Shown here piece by piece: positions 62,758 through 64,000 of a stretch of 64,000 bases of DNA. The stretch comes from Myxococcales bacterium (lineage in GTDB: Bacteria; Myxococcota_A; UBA9160; UBA4427), in assembly GCA_012960035.1 (NCBI GenBank), contig DUBZ01000062.1, positions 24,407-88,406 on the forward strand. The letters run 5' to 3'. The translations under genes and the position numbers were made by a program. The stretch's first letter is position 1, and every line of letters starts with the position of its first letter. A model generated the notes under the pieces. It worked only from the letters and a program-made list of their open reading frames with translations, searched no databases and was not told the origin of the DNA.

Positions 62758-63576
62758 ATGGCGATGGAATTGGGTGTTGCGGTGCGATCGATGGGGCCAC
62801 AGTCGTCCCGAGACATGCTCGTTGGCTGCGTTCAAGCGGCGGAGCGCGCCGGTCTCGCGGATATTTGGATTCAGGATCATCTGGCGATTCCGCCCGACGA
62901 CGCGGAAGGTTCAGGCGGACGCTACCTCGACCCGCTGACCACCCTCGCGTACCTCGCCGCATCGACCGAGCGCATCGGACTCGGAACCGGCGTGTTGAAC
63001 ATCCCGTATCGCCCAGCGCTCCCCACCGCCAAGGCCCTGGCCACCGTGCAAGAGTTGTCCGGCGGGCGTCTGCGCTTCGGGGTTGGCGTTGGATGGATGG
63101 GCTCAGAATTTCGAGCGCTCGGTGTCCCGCGCAGCCAACGCGGACGCTTGACCGACGAAGGGCTGGCATTAATCCACAGCTGCTTTGACTCCGACGAAGT
63201 CGAAGCCAACGGTCAAGTGTTTTTGTTTTTGCCGCGCCCCGAACGCCCACCCGTCTTCATCGGCGGCAGTGGCCCCCACGCGCTCGCACGAGCCGTCGCC
63301 TTCGGCGATGGCTGGCTTCCGATGGGGGGCGACCCAGAAAAACTTCGCGAGCCCATCGCGCAATTGCGCGGGCTCGCAAGTGATGCAGGCAAGCCCGAAC
63401 CGCAGGTGAAGTTGATGACAGCGCTGCCGCTTGACGACGTGGCAGAGGCAACCGATCGCGCCGGCGCACTCGCAGAAGCGGGTGTCACGAGCCTGATACA
63501 GGCCATTCGCTACGACACCCTCGCCGAATTCGAAGACGCAGCCGGGAAGCTCGCGCCGATTCGCGAAGCGATCTAG
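62758..63576 (+). CDS. LLM-class (luciferase-like) flavin/F420-dependent oxidoreductase
   Basis: MELGVAV.......S..ML....QAAERAGLADIWIQDHLA.P......GGRYLDPLTTLAYLAA.TERIGLGTGVL, and RLRFGVGVGW. The TAG stop lies inside the left end of the second repeat copy. Confidence 0.8.
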   Translation: MAMELGVAVRSMGPQSSRDMLVGCVQAAERAGLADIWIQDHLAIPPDDAEGSGGRYLDPLTTLAYLAASTERIGLGTGVLNIPYRPALPTAKALATVQELSGGRLRFGVGVGWMGSEFRALGVPRSQRGRLTDEGLALIHSCFDSDEVEANGQVFLFLPRPERPPVFIGGSGPHALARAVAFGDGWLPMGGDPEKLREPIAQLRGLASDAGKPEPQVKLMTALPLDDVAEATDRAGALAEAGVTSLIQAIRYDTLAEFEDAAGKLAPIREAI

Positions 63577-63688
63577 GAGTCTGCGCGGCAGAATGCGGAC
63601 CCGCCCAAACGCGGATCCAACACCGCTGCCTGCTTTGCGAAAGCGAGCTGGAGCGAGCGCGAGGCGATTGCCCGGCGTTCCGCTCCTA
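63574..63688. repeat. Second, diverged and shorter copy of the 45857-46020 element
   Basis: The first ~80 nt are roughly 85% identical by eye to 45857-45940 (TAGGAGTCTGCGCG..CCCAAACGCGGATCCAA..CGCTGCCTGC.TTGCGAAAGC). The right end ..GCTCCTA resembles the other terminus ..GACTCCTA. Confidence 0.6.
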
Positions 63689-64000
63689 CTTCGTGCCGAC
63701 GGTCCAGGTGTCACCCGAGTTGAGCAGTGCCTCAAGATCGCCCGGGCCCTTCGTGGCAATCGCATCATCAATTTGCGCCGACAGCATTTGCTCGTAGGGT
63801 TCCTTCGTCGATTCGCGCAGCACGCCAACCGGGAGCGGGAAGTCCGGGCGAGACAACGTGGCGAGTGCGAATGCGTAGGCGGTTGAATCGAGAAATTCGT
63901 CGTGGACCACGACACCCTTTTCCCTCGGATCGTCGTCGTCGGCCAAGTCGATCACGCTCGGATCGCCGCCGATCATCACGACGCCCTTCAAATTGCCCGG
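63686..64000 (-). CDS. 2-oxoacid:ferredoxin oxidoreductase beta subunit (KorB-like), C-terminal part only
   Basis: The frame is open to the window edge. ..VVHDEFLDSTAYAFALATLSRPDFPLPVGVLRESTKEPYEQM....GPGDLEALLNSGDTWTV resembles KorB C-termini. This assignment is from memory of the family. Confidence 0.65.
   Translation of the reverse strand, partial: PGNLKGVVMIGGDPSVIDLADDDDPREKGVVVHDEFLDSTAYAFALATLSRPDFPLPVGVLRESTKEPYEQMLSAQIDDAIATKGPGDLEALLNSGDTWTVGTK

Overview
GC-rich bacterial chromosomal window with about 55 protein-coding genes, nearly all on the + strand. I found no rRNA, tRNA or CRISPR array. Gene content suggests a Myxococcota/deltaproteobacteria-like organism, but this is inference only: several sigma-54 enhancer-binding response regulators, PEP-CTERM-type exopolysaccharide export genes, an extra J-domain/TPR + Hsp70 pair, and GAF/GGDEF signalling proteins. 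Gene order: (1) tsaC (partial), DUF1015, DUF721, a small Zn-ribbon ORF; (2) rpsP-KH-rimM-trmD-rplS; (3) yraN(-), rsmI; (4) heparinase II/III-like protein plus a carbamoyltransferase-SxtJ-DUF5989 cassette; (5) ligA(-); (6) cytoplasmic histidine kinase, sigma-54 response regulator, manA; (7) a 5'-truncated IS5 transposase relic; (8) a ~15.5-kb exopolysaccharide locus: sigma-54 regulator, short OPX export protein, OM beta-barrel, chain-length determinant, ExeA-like ATPase, BY-kinase, GT4 priming transferase, ugd, Man-1-P guanylyltransferase, Crp/Fnr regulator, a third sigma-54 regulator, PrsT-like TPR lipoprotein; (9) LysM protein, dprA, a 16-bp tandem repeat, trmFO-xerC-hslV-hslU; (10) REC-GAF-GAF protein; (11) argB-argF, a MITE-like element, J/TPR protein, lidless Hsp70, a decayed ORF, argG; (12) OM barrel(-), DUF1329, BNR/Ycf48-like protein, GGDEF cyclase; (13) aspS, mdh-sucC-sucD, LLM oxidoreductase, a second copy of the repeat, korB-like gene (partial, -). 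I did not see a recognisable defence island or a clearly new multi-gene system. The most interesting signals are: (a) a ~160-bp element with perfect 22-nt terminal inverted repeats flanked by CTAG/TA, placed exactly on gene stop codons, with two copies in the window; (b) a ~3.9-kb block (J-domain/TPR protein, lidless Hsp70, decayed third gene) splitting argF from argG next to that element; (c) a PEP-CTERM/XrtA-style EPS export core with no exosortase in the window, a non-phosphorylatable third sigma-54 regulator, and an IS5 scar at its edge; (d) the uncharacterised carbamoyltransferase-SxtJ-DUF5989 triad next to a heparinase-like gene. All calls rest on reading the translations and sequence by eye; no searches were run.
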